A stretch of DNA of 64,000 bases, from NCBI GenBank assembly GCA_043803245.1, contig JAZDKE010000013.1, positions 4,142-68,141 of the forward strand. Reading direction: 5' to 3'. Shown here piece by piece: positions 33,676 to 43,360 of this stretch. The stretch comes from Chloroflexota bacterium. Lineage in GTDB: Bacteria > Chloroflexota > Dehalococcoidia > Dehalococcoidales > SURF-40. The translations under genes and the position numbers were made by a program. The notes beneath the pieces are model-generated. The model made no database searches, was not told the origin of the DNA, and saw only the letters and a list, made by a program, of their open reading frames with translations. Each line of letters opens with the position of its first letter. Position 1 is the stretch's first letter.

Positions 33676-34127
33676 GCACGGATTCTCCGCTAAAACTGAA
33701 GTTCCGGGACGACCTGAAGCAGGCGATGAAGCAGGGCGACAAAGTAAAGGTCGCCACGTTACGCCTGCTGCTTTCGGCCATCGGCAACGCCGAGATTGCC
33801 CGCCAGGCTGATTTAACCGATAGTGACCTTTTGGGCATTGTCGCCAAAGAAGCCCGCCAGCGCGAGGAAAGCATCGCCGCTTTTAAGGCCGGCAACCGCC
33901 CCGACCTGGTCGCCAAAGAAGCGGCGGAACTGGCCATCCTCAAGGCCTATCTACCGGCCGCCGCCAGCCGCGATGAGATTACCGCCCTGGCAAAGAAAGT
34001 GATTGCCGAGGTCGGCGCCCAGGGGATGAGAGATAAGGGCAAGGTCATGCCCCGCCTCATCGCCGAGCTAAAGGGCAAGGCCGACGGGCGCGAGATTAAC
34101 GAAGTAGTGAGCCAGCTACTGGGATAG
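33672..34127 (+). CDS. GatB/YqeY domain protein
   Basis: 151-aa ORF with the typical YqeY pattern (LK..L..AMK..D..KV.TLRLLLSAI.NAEI). Confidence 0.85.
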   Translation: MSTDSPLKLKFRDDLKQAMKQGDKVKVATLRLLLSAIGNAEIARQADLTDSDLLGIVAKEARQREESIAAFKAGNRPDLVAKEAAELAILKAYLPAAASRDEITALAKKVIAEVGAQGMRDKGKVMPRLIAELKGKADGREINEVVSQLLG

Positions 34128-34249
34128 CACTCCTTCATACATATAGTCATCGCAAACAACATGCCCATAAACTCATTCAGCCCGAAACTTACGGCGGAAA
34201 CCCATTATGAAACGGACTTCCACTACGATGTCTGAGGAGAGGTCTTAAA

Positions 34250-35215
34250 ATGACTGTACAAAAAAGGCATCTGGGCAAAACCGAAATAGAGATAACTCCG
34301 ATAGGGTTGGGTTGTTGGCAGTTCGACAGCGCCAAAGGACTTTCAGCCCTGACCTGGAAATCGCCTCCGCAGGACGAACTTGATAAAATCGTTAAGTCGG
34401 CTCTGGAAGGAGGTATAAATTGGTTTGATACCGCAGAGTGGTATGGTAACGGCCGTTCTGAAAGAGCGTTATCTACCGCACTACGGAATGCAGGTAGAGT
34501 TGATGGCGAAGTGGTAATTGCCACCAAGTGGAAACCCTTCTTCAGGACAGCCGGCAATATACCCCGCACTATCGCCGAGCGCCAGAGATGCCTGGCCCAC
34601 TGTAACATCGACCTTTACCAGATCCATGCGCCCTATTCTTTTTCGTCGGTTGAAGCACAGATGAACGCTATGGCTGCTCTGGTTAAAAAGGGGAAGGTCC
34701 GCTCCGTCGGCGTGAGTAACTTCTCCGCCGAACAGATGCGCCGGGCTCACGACGCTCTTGCCAAGCACGGATTACCGTTGGCATCGAACCAGGTGCTGTT
34801 CAACTTATTGAACCGCAATATTGAGAAGAATGGCATATTGGATACGGCTAAAAAACTTAATATTACTGTTATTGCGTATATGCCGCTAGCTTCGGGGTTA
34901 TTAACGGGTAAGTTTCATAAAAACCCAGAATTAGTCAAAAGACTACCGATATTCAGGAGGTTAATGCTGGGTCGTATGATCGAGAAAAGCCGTCCTCTAA
35001 TTACAATGATGGAGGACATTGCCGGTTCGTACAACTGTAGTGCGTCAGAAGTAGCCTTGAGCTGGGCGGTTAACTACCATGGCGATACCATCGTAGCGAT
35101 ACCGGGTGCTACTAAAACAGCCCAGGTACTCCAGAATATCGGCGCGTTATCTTTAAAACTTCCACAGCCGGAGATGGCGAAGCTGGACGAACTATCACGT
35201 AAGATAACGTCATAA
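34250..35215 (+). CDS. Aldo/keto reductase
   Basis: 321-aa ORF with LG.T...I..IGLGCW, FDTAE.YG.G.SE and IDLYQIH motifs. Confidence 0.88.
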   Translation: MTVQKRHLGKTEIEITPIGLGCWQFDSAKGLSALTWKSPPQDELDKIVKSALEGGINWFDTAEWYGNGRSERALSTALRNAGRVDGEVVIATKWKPFFRTAGNIPRTIAERQRCLAHCNIDLYQIHAPYSFSSVEAQMNAMAALVKKGKVRSVGVSNFSAEQMRRAHDALAKHGLPLASNQVLFNLLNRNIEKNGILDTAKKLNITVIAYMPLASGLLTGKFHKNPELVKRLPIFRRLMLGRMIEKSRPLITMMEDIAGSYNCSASEVALSWAVNYHGDTIVAIPGATKTAQVLQNIGALSLKLPQPEMAKLDELSRKITS

Positions 35216-35333
35216 ACATGTACCGGTGTAGATATTCTCAACCCTTAACTGGTCTCCACGCTCATAGAGCCTTGATAATACAACTAATTATAAGGTGGCA
35301 AGCAGCCTCCGTCTTTCTATGGCTATATAGGGT

Positions 35334-36908
35334 TCAACTAGTCTCTGCTTGCCCCACCTCTCTCCTCAGCGCCGCTGTCTCCGCCGCAGAAGTAACCGCC
35401 GCCCAGGGCAGTTTACCGTTGATATCCCAGACCTGGTGGGCGTAGTGGTCTGAGTCCACCCCGCATTTTGCTGAAGCCCGGCGAAAACCGGCCAGCGTCG
35501 CTTCTTCCATACCCGCCAGCACCGGACCAAGCGTCTGGTCGCCCCGGGCCAGCACCGCCTGCACCTCGCTCCAGGCGGGACTTTCCGCCTTGACCTTTAT
35601 CCCCAGCGGCGCTAACCCGGCCTTAAGCTGCCCCAGGCGGCTACCCAGAACGTCAAGCCGGGCCATCGGCTGCCACTGGAAAGGCGTGCCCGCCTTGGGC
35701 ACGAAAGGGGCCACGTTCAGGACAAGACGCCCGCCGCTGCCAGCCGCCAGCACTTCTTTCACACCCCGTGCCAGCCTGATGATTTCCTCAATATCGGCAT
35801 CGGTCTCGGTGGGCAACCCAATCATGAAATAAAGCTTGAGCTGCTTTATCCCGTGTGCCGCCACCAAACCTACCGCCCGGAAGATGTCATCCTCGGAAAT
35901 ACCCTTGTTAATCAACCGGCGCAGGCGCTCCGAGCCCGCCTCGGGAGCGAAGGCCAGCGTCTTGGCGCCGCCTTCCAGCACCGCCCGCAGCACCGTCTCG
36001 GGAAGCGGCTTGATGCGCAGGGAACTCAGTGAGATTCCCGCCCCCAGCTTTCTAAGCTCAAGCACCAGCGGCTCGATATCGGGGTGGGCGGTAACCACCG
36101 CCCCCACCAGGCCCAGCCGCCGCCGGTATTTCAAGCCCTCCCTGGCTTGAGCCAACAGCCGCTCCAGGCTGGCGTAGCGCACCGGGCAGAAGACCCGGGT
36201 CGCCAGGCAAAAGCGGCAGTTCCAGGCACAGCCCCGCGCCACCTCGATGAGATAAAGGTCGCCCAGCTCGGTGTCCGGCGTGATAATTACGGAACTGGCC
36301 AGGTTTTCATCCAGCCGGGCGGCGAACTGGCGCACCACCGGCCCTTGTGGTCTCACCAATGGCACATAGAGGCCGGGGACCTCTGCCAGCGCCTCGAGCA
36401 GCCTGCGGCGGCCAAGTCCCCGGTTGATAACCGCTATCAGCGCCGGCAATATCACCTCGGCCTCGCCGATGGCCAGGCAGTCAAAGAAAGGGGCGAGCGG
36501 CATCGGATTGGCCATAACCGCGGCGCCGCCGTCGATTACCAGCGGATGCTCCTCACCACGCTCAGCGGCGTAAAGCGGCAGGCCACTGGCCTTAAGCAGC
36601 GAGGGAATATTGAAATAGTCCAGCTCGTAAGGGACGGAAAAGGCGAGCACCGCAAAGTCGCCTGGCGGCCGCTGCGACTCTAAAGAGACCACCGGCCCCA
36701 CCCCCTCCCAAAAAACCCGCTCACAGACCAGCTTGCTCTCGCTGTTCAGCAGGCGGTAGATAGCGTGCATGCCCAGGTTGGACATGCCGATGTAGTAGCA
36801 GTTGGGATAGACGAGAGCGATGGGGAGCCGGCCCCCCCAGTCTTTGCCGACCGTGTTCCGCTCGCGCCCGAGCTGCTCCCTGGCTTTCCTTTTCGCATCC
36901 CAGCTCAC
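35334..36908 (-). CDS. Radical SAM protein with an N-terminal B12-binding-like domain
   Basis: 524-aa ORF with the CxxxCxxC cluster motif CAWNCRFC. Confidence 0.75.
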   Translation of the reverse strand: MSWDAKRKAREQLGRERNTVGKDWGGRLPIALVYPNCYYIGMSNLGMHAIYRLLNSESKLVCERVFWEGVGPVVSLESQRPPGDFAVLAFSVPYELDYFNIPSLLKASGLPLYAAERGEEHPLVIDGGAAVMANPMPLAPFFDCLAIGEAEVILPALIAVINRGLGRRRLLEALAEVPGLYVPLVRPQGPVVRQFAARLDENLASSVIITPDTELGDLYLIEVARGCAWNCRFCLATRVFCPVRYASLERLLAQAREGLKYRRRLGLVGAVVTAHPDIEPLVLELRKLGAGISLSSLRIKPLPETVLRAVLEGGAKTLAFAPEAGSERLRRLINKGISEDDIFRAVGLVAAHGIKQLKLYFMIGLPTETDADIEEIIRLARGVKEVLAAGSGGRLVLNVAPFVPKAGTPFQWQPMARLDVLGSRLGQLKAGLAPLGIKVKAESPAWSEVQAVLARGDQTLGPVLAGMEEATLAGFRRASAKCGVDSDHYAHQVWDINGKLPWAAVTSAAETAALRREVGQAETS

Positions 36909-37109
36909 AGGGCTATTATAGCGGTAGGCATTGGGGAAAGGCTAATCAGGGGAGGTTGTTGAATACCGAATAAAACAGAGAGGCAGACTGCGAAACCTAA
37001 TCGCTCTTTGAAGTTTTGGCTTCACTGACAAACTTAACCCGCTTTTCCCAGTCGATACTACCGTTGGGAAAGCAAAACTCATTGAGAAACTCGGCGGTCA
37101 ATTTGTTTT

Positions 37110-37520
37110 TTAACGGCTCAATAGAGATACTATCTCCATGACTTTCGTTTCCTCATAGAATTCCACTGTTACTGTATAATAAATATACGTGTCATAATAT
37201 GTGCTTGTGCCAAAAAGTATCTCTAGTTTCTGTCTCATCCTCTCTGCCTCAGCCGATATTGAAGGTAGTCTGTCAGGTTTTCCTCTTAACTCTAGGTTGA
37301 CCTCCCATTTACCATCACCTAAATATTTTGCATTCCTCGTTATAGTTTCAAAATTAGTTGGAAGGTTGCTAGCCAGTTGCTTGTTAGTTATTGAGTTTAT
37401 TACGAATGCAGAGACCTCTTCTCCAGACAATGACGGCTTATCTTGAGTAGCTAACAGCGTTATTCCGCCCGCAATGATAGCGATTCCTGCCACTGCCAAT
37501 AATATATGCCACAGTTTCAT
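37110..37520 (-). CDS. Hypothetical membrane-anchored protein (AT-rich gene)
   Basis: 136-aa ORF with an N-terminal TM helix. The base composition is clearly more AT-rich than the flanks. Confidence 0.5.
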   Translation of the reverse strand: MKLWHILLAVAGIAIIAGGITLLATQDKPSLSGEEVSAFVINSITNKQLASNLPTNFETITRNAKYLGDGKWEVNLELRGKPDRLPSISAEAERMRQKLEILFGTSTYYDTYIYYTVTVEFYEETKVMEIVSLLSR

Positions 37521-37617
37521 GTTATTTCACTAAAGCTTTTTCTTCAATCTAACGGTGTTTTAGTACCAAGATTATACCACTAATAAATGAGCCTCTTGCA
37601 AAATCACCTTATATTTA

Positions 37618-40194
37618 CTAGCACTTGGTGTAGCCGCAGCCCTGGCAGATGAAGCAGCCTTCCTGGTAAGTCAGGAGGTTGCCGCATTCGGGGCACTGGC
37701 CAGCCAGGTTCTTGGCCAGGCCGTAGTCCTCCAGCCTGGGCTTGCCGTCGTAGCCGGTGGTGTGCCTTTCCAGGACGCTGGCGATGGCATCGGCGCAGGA
37801 GAGGATGGACTTGCCCTCCTCCCAGGCAATCGAGGGGCAGCGGATGCCGCGCAGCTGGCGCACAATCGAAGCGGTGTCAATGCCCGCCCGGAGCGCCAGG
37901 GAAATCAGCCGGCTGAGGGACTCTAATTGGGCCGAAGCGCAGCCGCCGGACTTGCCCAGCGTGGAAAAGACCTCGAAAATACCCCGCTCATCGGAGTTCA
38001 CCGTCACGTAGATGTAGCCGCAGCCGGTGGTCACCCTCTCGGTGACGCCCGAGGTCACCTTGGGCCGCTTTCTCGGGGTGAGCCCGGCATCAACCTTCTT
38101 CTCCGCCTCGGCCTTGCCGGTGGTCAGCACCTGGCCCTCGCGGCTGCCGTCGCGGTAAACGGTGATGCCCTTTAAGCCCGCCTCATAGGCCAGATCATAG
38201 ACCCTGGCCACGTCCTCGGGGGTCGCTTCCCGGGGGAAATTGACCGTCTTGGAAACGGCGTTATCGGTGTGCTTCTGGAAGGCCGCCTGTATTTTGACGT
38301 GCCATTCCGGGCTGATTTCGTGGGCGGTGACAAAGCGACGCTTTGCCTCTTCCGGCACACCCTTGATTTCCGAAAGGTGTTTACCCGAGGCCAGCGCCGC
38401 CATCATCTCCTCGGAGTAGAAGCCGCCGGCCCTGGCCGCCGCCTCGAAATAGGGGTTCACCTCGACCATGCGGGTGCCGTCCAGGATATTGCGGGTGTAG
38501 GAGAGGGCAAAGAGAGGCTCGATGCCGCTGGAGCAGCCGGCGATGAGGCTTAAAGTACCGGTGGGGGCGATGGTGGTGCGGGAGGCGTTCCTGAGAGGTT
38601 TGCCGCCGCGGACATCGAAGACGCTGCCCTCAAAGGCGGGGAAGACGCCGCGCTCAGCGGCCAATGCCTGCGAAGCCTTTAGCGCCTCGCGGTTGATTAA
38701 GGCCATAACTTCACTGGCCGCCGCGATGCCCGCTTCAGAGTCATAGGGAACGCCGAGCTGGACGAGGGCATCGGCGAAGCCCATCACGCCGAGGCCGATT
38801 TTTCTCGTTTGCTTGGTCCTTTCCTCTATCTGGGGCAGCGGGAACCGGTTGACATCGATGACGTTGTCTAAAAACCTCACTGCCACCCTCACCACCCGGG
38901 CCAGCTCATCGTAGTCAATCTCGGCCCGGCCCGAAACGCATGTCACCATCCGGGCCAGGTTGATTGAGCCCAGATTGCAGGACTCGTAGGGCAGTAGCGG
39001 CTGCTCACCGCAGGGGTTGGTGCTCTCGATGCGTCCCAACCTGGGCGTGGGGTTAGCCTGGTTGATACGGTCGATGAAGACCACCCCGGGGTCGCCGGTG
39101 GCCCAGGCCCCATCCACAATCTGCTTGAAGACCTCCCGGGCATCCAGCTTGCCGGTCACCTCTTTGGTCCTGGGGTTAATCAACTGGTACTCGGTGCCGG
39201 CCTTGACCGCTTCCATAAAGGCGTCGGTTACCGCCACCAAGAGGTTAAAATTGGTCAGGACATTCGGGTTGCTCTTGGCCTTGATGAAATCCAGGATATC
39301 GGGGTGGTCTACGCTTAAGATAGCCATGTTGGCCCCCCGGCGCATACCGCCCTGCTTGATAACGTCGGTGGCGGTATCAAAAGCCCTCATAAAAGAAACC
39401 GGGCCACTGGCGACGCCTCCGGTAGAGCCGACCCGGTCCCTTGCCGGCCTCAGGCGGGAAAAGGAGAAGCCGGTGCCCCCGCCGCTCTTATGGATGAGGG
39501 CGGTGTACTTGACGGCGTCAAAGATGGACTCCATGGAGTCTTCCACCGGCAGCACGAAGCAGGCCGAGAGCTGTCCCAGCTCCCGCCCGGCATTCATCAG
39601 GGTGGGTGAGTTAGGCAGGAATTTGAAGGAAGCCATTAGCTGGTAAAACTCCGCTTCCCGGGCCACCGTGTCCGCCTTCGGGTTATAGACCCGCTCGGCC
39701 TCAGCGATGGCCGCCGCCACCCGGCGGAACAGCTCGAGCGGCGTCTCGATGACGTTACCCTGCTTGTCTTTCTTGAGATACCTTCTCTCCAGCACCTGCC
39801 GGGCATTTTCCGTTAGCTCAATGGCGCCATTATTATTTGTAGCCACCTGGGGTTTTACCACGACGCTCTCCATCTCAGGCTCAATTTCCTCCTGCCGGTT
39901 TTCTTTCATGGCCAATATTTCTCTGAGGATACTATCGATTTCCGAACTCATCACCGGCCTGGCCCGGGGTGCTTCCCGGGATACCAGTCCCTCCATGCCG
40001 GGGAAGGGCTGCCGGAGCGTCGCCTGTGCTGGCGGCTTACGCTCCAGCCGGGCGATTACCTGGCCCGCCAGCGTCTCGACGACTTCCCGGTCGGCCATGC
40101 CCATGGACTCGGCGGCGGCAAAGACCATCCTGGCGATGCGACTGCGGTCTAGAATACGTGAGCCGCCGTTTTTCTTTTCGCTATTAGCCACCAC
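37618..40194 (-). CDS. nrdJ: Class II (adenosylcobalamin-dependent) ribonucleotide reductase
   Basis: 858-aa ORF with the RNR thiyl-radical loop TNPCGEQPL and a C-terminal zinc ribbon CPECG..CQGCG. Confidence 0.9.
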   Translation of the reverse strand: MVANSEKKNGGSRILDRSRIARMVFAAAESMGMADREVVETLAGQVIARLERKPPAQATLRQPFPGMEGLVSREAPRARPVMSSEIDSILREILAMKENRQEEIEPEMESVVVKPQVATNNNGAIELTENARQVLERRYLKKDKQGNVIETPLELFRRVAAAIAEAERVYNPKADTVAREAEFYQLMASFKFLPNSPTLMNAGRELGQLSACFVLPVEDSMESIFDAVKYTALIHKSGGGTGFSFSRLRPARDRVGSTGGVASGPVSFMRAFDTATDVIKQGGMRRGANMAILSVDHPDILDFIKAKSNPNVLTNFNLLVAVTDAFMEAVKAGTEYQLINPRTKEVTGKLDAREVFKQIVDGAWATGDPGVVFIDRINQANPTPRLGRIESTNPCGEQPLLPYESCNLGSINLARMVTCVSGRAEIDYDELARVVRVAVRFLDNVIDVNRFPLPQIEERTKQTRKIGLGVMGFADALVQLGVPYDSEAGIAAASEVMALINREALKASQALAAERGVFPAFEGSVFDVRGGKPLRNASRTTIAPTGTLSLIAGCSSGIEPLFALSYTRNILDGTRMVEVNPYFEAAARAGGFYSEEMMAALASGKHLSEIKGVPEEAKRRFVTAHEISPEWHVKIQAAFQKHTDNAVSKTVNFPREATPEDVARVYDLAYEAGLKGITVYRDGSREGQVLTTGKAEAEKKVDAGLTPRKRPKVTSGVTERVTTGCGYIYVTVNSDERGIFEVFSTLGKSGGCASAQLESLSRLISLALRAGIDTASIVRQLRGIRCPSIAWEEGKSILSCADAIASVLERHTTGYDGKPRLEDYGLAKNLAGQCPECGNLLTYQEGCFICQGCGYTKC

Positions 40195-40215
40195 ACAATT
40201 CTCCAGGTAAAAAGT

Positions 40216-41100
40216 CTACGATTGTCTATCGGAAAAGGCTAGCGATATCACGTATCGCTCGTTACCATATCCAAACCCTTTGGATTGTATAGGTAAGCGT
40301 TTAACGAGTTTATCAACTTTAAATTGTTTTGAAGATTCAACAATTCTATCCCCATTATAGGCTTCAAGCAACGTTGAAGGCGGACTAATATGGGTATGCA
40401 CAGGCATATAGTTATTTCTATCGCCTATTTTTGATAACGTACTGTGACGCCAGACTAAATCAAGCCCTGTTGACTTTGATTTACGGGGTTTCTTCCATTG
40501 AATTACTATGCAAGGTTCTGTGCTAACCTCTGCAACCCTCATAGCCGCAGATGGGATAGATACTTGAAATATTTTGGCAAGACGCTCAATAACAGAGACC
40601 GATAATCCAAAACTGTTTAGATATTTCCTGAATACATTCTCCGGCATAAGCAGTTCGGTTGCCGCAATATCACACAAACGTTCAATGGGCTTTTTTATAA
40701 CTCGATTACGTTTCGGTGTCCCGGCAATCCGGTATGAAGGATTCCCAACGTAGTGCTCATGCCCGAGGGTATATTCTCGCTCTAACTCGTCCAATAATAT
40801 GTGGCCGATTTCATGGGCGCAAGAGAAATTCTGTCTTGTTGGATAATGACTGGCATTCAGCTTAATAATATGAGCGTCAGGCAACCTGAGCAGCATTCCA
40901 CTCGCCTCACCCAAATCAGCCTTTATTATTTTTGTTACACCTTTTAGGGAGGCATATTCTTCCGATCGAAAGGGTGGGGTTTCATTCCCCCTTAGCTCTA
41001 TGGCTTGACCAACAAGCTGCTTTGCTCGCTCAATAATTAAAGTCGAGGATTGCTCAATACTCAAAGACAATCTGTATGCTCCTACTGTATTACCATCCAA
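40216..41100 (-). CDS. ImmA/IrrE-family (COG2856) zinc metallopeptidase-like protein
   Basis: 294-aa ORF with the HEXXH motif HEIGHIL and a C-terminal domain of about 150 aa. The DNA is strongly AT-rich relative to the flanks. Confidence 0.7.
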   Translation of the reverse strand: MDGNTVGAYRLSLSIEQSSTLIIERAKQLVGQAIELRGNETPPFRSEEYASLKGVTKIIKADLGEASGMLLRLPDAHIIKLNASHYPTRQNFSCAHEIGHILLDELEREYTLGHEHYVGNPSYRIAGTPKRNRVIKKPIERLCDIAATELLMPENVFRKYLNSFGLSVSVIERLAKIFQVSIPSAAMRVAEVSTEPCIVIQWKKPRKSKSTGLDLVWRHSTLSKIGDRNNYMPVHTHISPPSTLLEAYNGDRIVESSKQFKVDKLVKRLPIQSKGFGYGNERYVISLAFSDRQS

Positions 41101-41115
41101 TAAAGGTATAAGTAC

Positions 41116-41457
41116 TTAGTCATCTCGTTCCCAGAAATTCCCCGGAAGTGGCGGCATTGCAGGTGGTGGTCTAAGAAGTGCCATACAATCATCGTAAGTT
41201 AGATGATTAATCACATCTTCCTGAGACCTCCCACTCGCTTGAGACAATAAGTTAAAGACCTTAACACAATCACGCAGAAATCTCAAAGTTACTGGGAAAT
41301 CCCTGTCATTTATTCCCCTTAGGATACTAGCTTCCGCTACCCCAGTTCCTTTAGACAGTCCTGCTGGTGTGACTCTATGAGTTTTCATCCGGTCTACGAT
41401 AACCGGCCATTCATCAACACCCGCAAATAATTCATCCTCATTTATTTTCATTTTCAC
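41116..41457 (-). CDS. Small HTH-like protein paired with the ImmA/IrrE-like gene
   Basis: 113-aa ORF, 15 nt upstream of the peptidase gene. The segment TPAGLSKGTGVAEASILRGIN resembles an XRE-type HTH. AT-rich. Confidence 0.45.
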   Translation of the reverse strand: MKMKINEDELFAGVDEWPVIVDRMKTHRVTPAGLSKGTGVAEASILRGINDRDFPVTLRFLRDCVKVFNLLSQASGRSQEDVINHLTYDDCMALLRPPPAMPPLPGNFWERDD

Positions 41458-41473
41458 AACCCCCTAGCTTTTA

Positions 41474-41998
41474 CTAAGCCCCGGATGGCTTCTGTCGCCG
41501 TCTTTTGCTGCCCCTGGCCAGTCCCTCAAACTCGGCTTGCGGGAGCAAGGGTAGCTGGCTCACCAGCGTGTCCACCTCCCGCTTCAGCGCGGTGATATCG
41601 GTAAAATCACGGTAGACGCTGGCGAAGCGGATGTAGGCGATGTAGTCCAGCTTTTTCAGCCGGGCCATAACCATATCGCCAATCACGGTGCTGGGCACCT
41701 CGAGCTTACCCGTCCGGTAAAGCTCAGCTTCGATTTCTTCGGCGACGCCATCGAGCAGACCGGCCGCCAGCGGGCGCTTCTCGCAGGCCTTACGGATACC
41801 CCCGAGCAGCTTGGCACGGTTGAACTCTTCCCGACGCCGGTCTTTTTTGATGACAAAGAGGCCGGGCCTCTGGGGTCTTTCGTAGGTGGTGAAACGGGCG
41901 CTACAGGCCGGGCACTCGCGCCGCCGCCTTACGCCCTGGTTCGCCTGGCGCGAATCAATGACCCTGGAATCCGGCTCGCCGCAATAGGGACACTTCAT
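41474..41998 (-). CDS. nrdR: Transcriptional repressor NrdR
   Basis: MKCPYCG..(n)..CPACSARF zinc ribbon followed by an ATP-cone. The start is set at Met 41998 because the consensus promoter lies inside the longer track ORF. Confidence 0.9.
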   Translation of the reverse strand: MKCPYCGEPDSRVIDSRQANQGVRRRRECPACSARFTTYERPQRPGLFVIKKDRRREEFNRAKLLGGIRKACEKRPLAAGLLDGVAEEIEAELYRTGKLEVPSTVIGDMVMARLKKLDYIAYIRFASVYRDFTDITALKREVDTLVSQLPLLPQAEFEGLARGSKRRRQKPSGA

Positions 41999-42034
41999 AC
42001 CGCCCGCTCCACATCCTATTGTACTGTAGCGGGT

Positions 42035-42063
42035 ATTATAGTACAACATTTAGTGTTTGTCAA
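42035..42063 (-). promoter_or_regulatory. Consensus promoter of nrdR with an NrdR-box-like spacer
   Basis: On the minus strand: TTGACA (42058-42063), a 17-nt spacer, then TATAAT (42035-42040). The spacer ACACTAAATGTTGTAC matches 12 of 16 positions of the NrdR box acaCwAtATaTwGtgt. Confidence 0.6.
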
Positions 42064-42065
42064 CC

Positions 42066-42108
42066 GCTAAAACAAGGAGGCTGCGGGGCTATTCCAGCGC
42101 CCGCAGCC
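42066..42108 (-). terminator. Intrinsic terminator downstream of ftsZ
   Basis: GGCTGCGGG (42079-42087) pairs with CCCGCAGCC (42100-42108). On the minus strand it is followed by TCCTTGTTTT. Confidence 0.55.
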
Positions 42109-42143
42109 TTTAAAATCGTCCTGCGGTAAATATTGGCTGAGCG

Positions 42144-43283
42144 TTACAGCTTCGGACGCTGTAACGGGGCTGACGCCGGTTTTCGCACCGGGGTTGTTAC
42201 CGGGGGCGTTTGCCGCCGCTGGTTGAACATGGGACGACGCAGGAAGGAGGGCATATCCATCCCTTCCTCGCTCTTAATACCCTTGAGGAACTTATTGAAC
42301 TCCTCATCCCGTTTAACGCCCACGCCGCCGACCGCGGAATAGAAACCAGTGGCAATCAGGGTAATCCTGATGTCTTTATCCATTTTGGTGTCCTGGGCCA
42401 CGCCGAAGATGATATTGGCGTCGGGGTCAACGGCTTCCTGAATCACCTTGGCTGCCTGGTTCACTTCCATCAGGCTGAGGCTTTCGCCGCCGACCACGTT
42501 AAAAAGTACCCCCTTGGAGCCTTCAATCGAGACATCCAGCAGCGGGCTGGCCAGAGCGTCGCGGGCGGCGTCGGTGGCCCGGGTCTTACCGGAGCCAAAG
42601 CCGATAGACATCCATGCCGGGCCGGCGTCCTTCATGACCGCCTTGACATCCGCGAAATCAAGATTAATGAGCCCGGGGACGGTGATTACCTCGGAGATAG
42701 CCTGGACACCGTGGCGGAGCACGTCATCAGCCAGCCTGAAGGCGTTGTCCACATTGGTGGTGGCATCACATAGTTTGAGCAGACGGTCATTTGGAATCTG
42801 TATCAGGGTGTCCACATTTTCGAGCAGACGCTTAATGCCTTCCTCGGCCACCTGGGAACGATGGTTTCCCTCAAAGGAGAAAGGCCGGGTGACGATGGCG
42901 ATGGTCAGGGCACCGCTTTTCTTGGCAATCTCGGCGACGACGGGCGCAGCGCCGGTACCGGTACCGCCACCCATCCCGGCGGTGATAAACACCATATCAG
43001 CCCCGACGATAAGCTGGGTCAGTTCGTCGCGGTTCTCCTCGGCGGCTTTAGCACCCATGTTATGGTCCCCACCGACGCCCAGACCCCGGTTTAGCTTTTC
43101 TCCCAGTTGCACTCTGATGGGTGCCTCGGTAATAGCCAGAGCTTGAGCGTCTGAATTCATAGCGATAAATTCGACGCCCCGAATATCCTCCCGGACCATC
43201 CGGGTGATAGCGTTACAACCGCCACCACCAATACCGATGACCTTGATCTTGGCCGGGCTATGCGTAAAACCTGTCTTTGCCAT
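42144..43283 (-). CDS. ftsZ: Cell division protein FtsZ
   Basis: 379-aa ORF with the tubulin signature GGGTGTGAAPVVA. Confidence 0.95.
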   Translation of the reverse strand: MAKTGFTHSPAKIKVIGIGGGGCNAITRMVREDIRGVEFIAMNSDAQALAITEAPIRVQLGEKLNRGLGVGGDHNMGAKAAEENRDELTQLIVGADMVFITAGMGGGTGTGAAPVVAEIAKKSGALTIAIVTRPFSFEGNHRSQVAEEGIKRLLENVDTLIQIPNDRLLKLCDATTNVDNAFRLADDVLRHGVQAISEVITVPGLINLDFADVKAVMKDAGPAWMSIGFGSGKTRATDAARDALASPLLDVSIEGSKGVLFNVVGGESLSLMEVNQAAKVIQEAVDPDANIIFGVAQDTKMDKDIRITLIATGFYSAVGGVGVKRDEEFNKFLKGIKSEEGMDMPSFLRRPMFNQRRQTPPVTTPVRKPASAPLQRPKL

Positions 43284-43300
43284 TTTCCCCTCCTTTCCTA

Positions 43301-43355
43301 ATTTTTTATACTACCTAACTTAATACCCCGACCATCGGGTCGAGGGATGAAGTTC
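43301..43355 (-). repeat. Dispersed intergenic hairpin repeat (REP-like), copy 2, between ftsA and ftsZ
   Basis: The reverse complement of 43323-43355 equals 221-253 exactly (33 nt). The flank TAAGTTAGGTAGTATAAA aligns with the copy 1 flank. Confidence 0.75.
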
Positions 43356-43360
43356 TTTTT

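Noticed and set aside
34150-34249. GAAAC repeats and an ATGCCCATAAA 11-mer (also present at 29721-29731) upstream of the aldo/keto reductase gene, as a possible fourth member of the phased-array regulon.
   Set aside because: The repeat spacing (13 and 12 nt for GAAAC; TTAC to TTAT 16 nt) does not follow the 11-11-11-9-12 pattern. No TAnnnT box sits at the conserved offset, and the shared 11-mer is in the opposite orientation.
41999-42034. Search for a second NrdR box between the -10 element and the nrdR start.
   Set aside because: The best candidates (ACAGTACAATAGGATG and its neighbours) match the 16-nt consensus at roughly half the positions or fewer.
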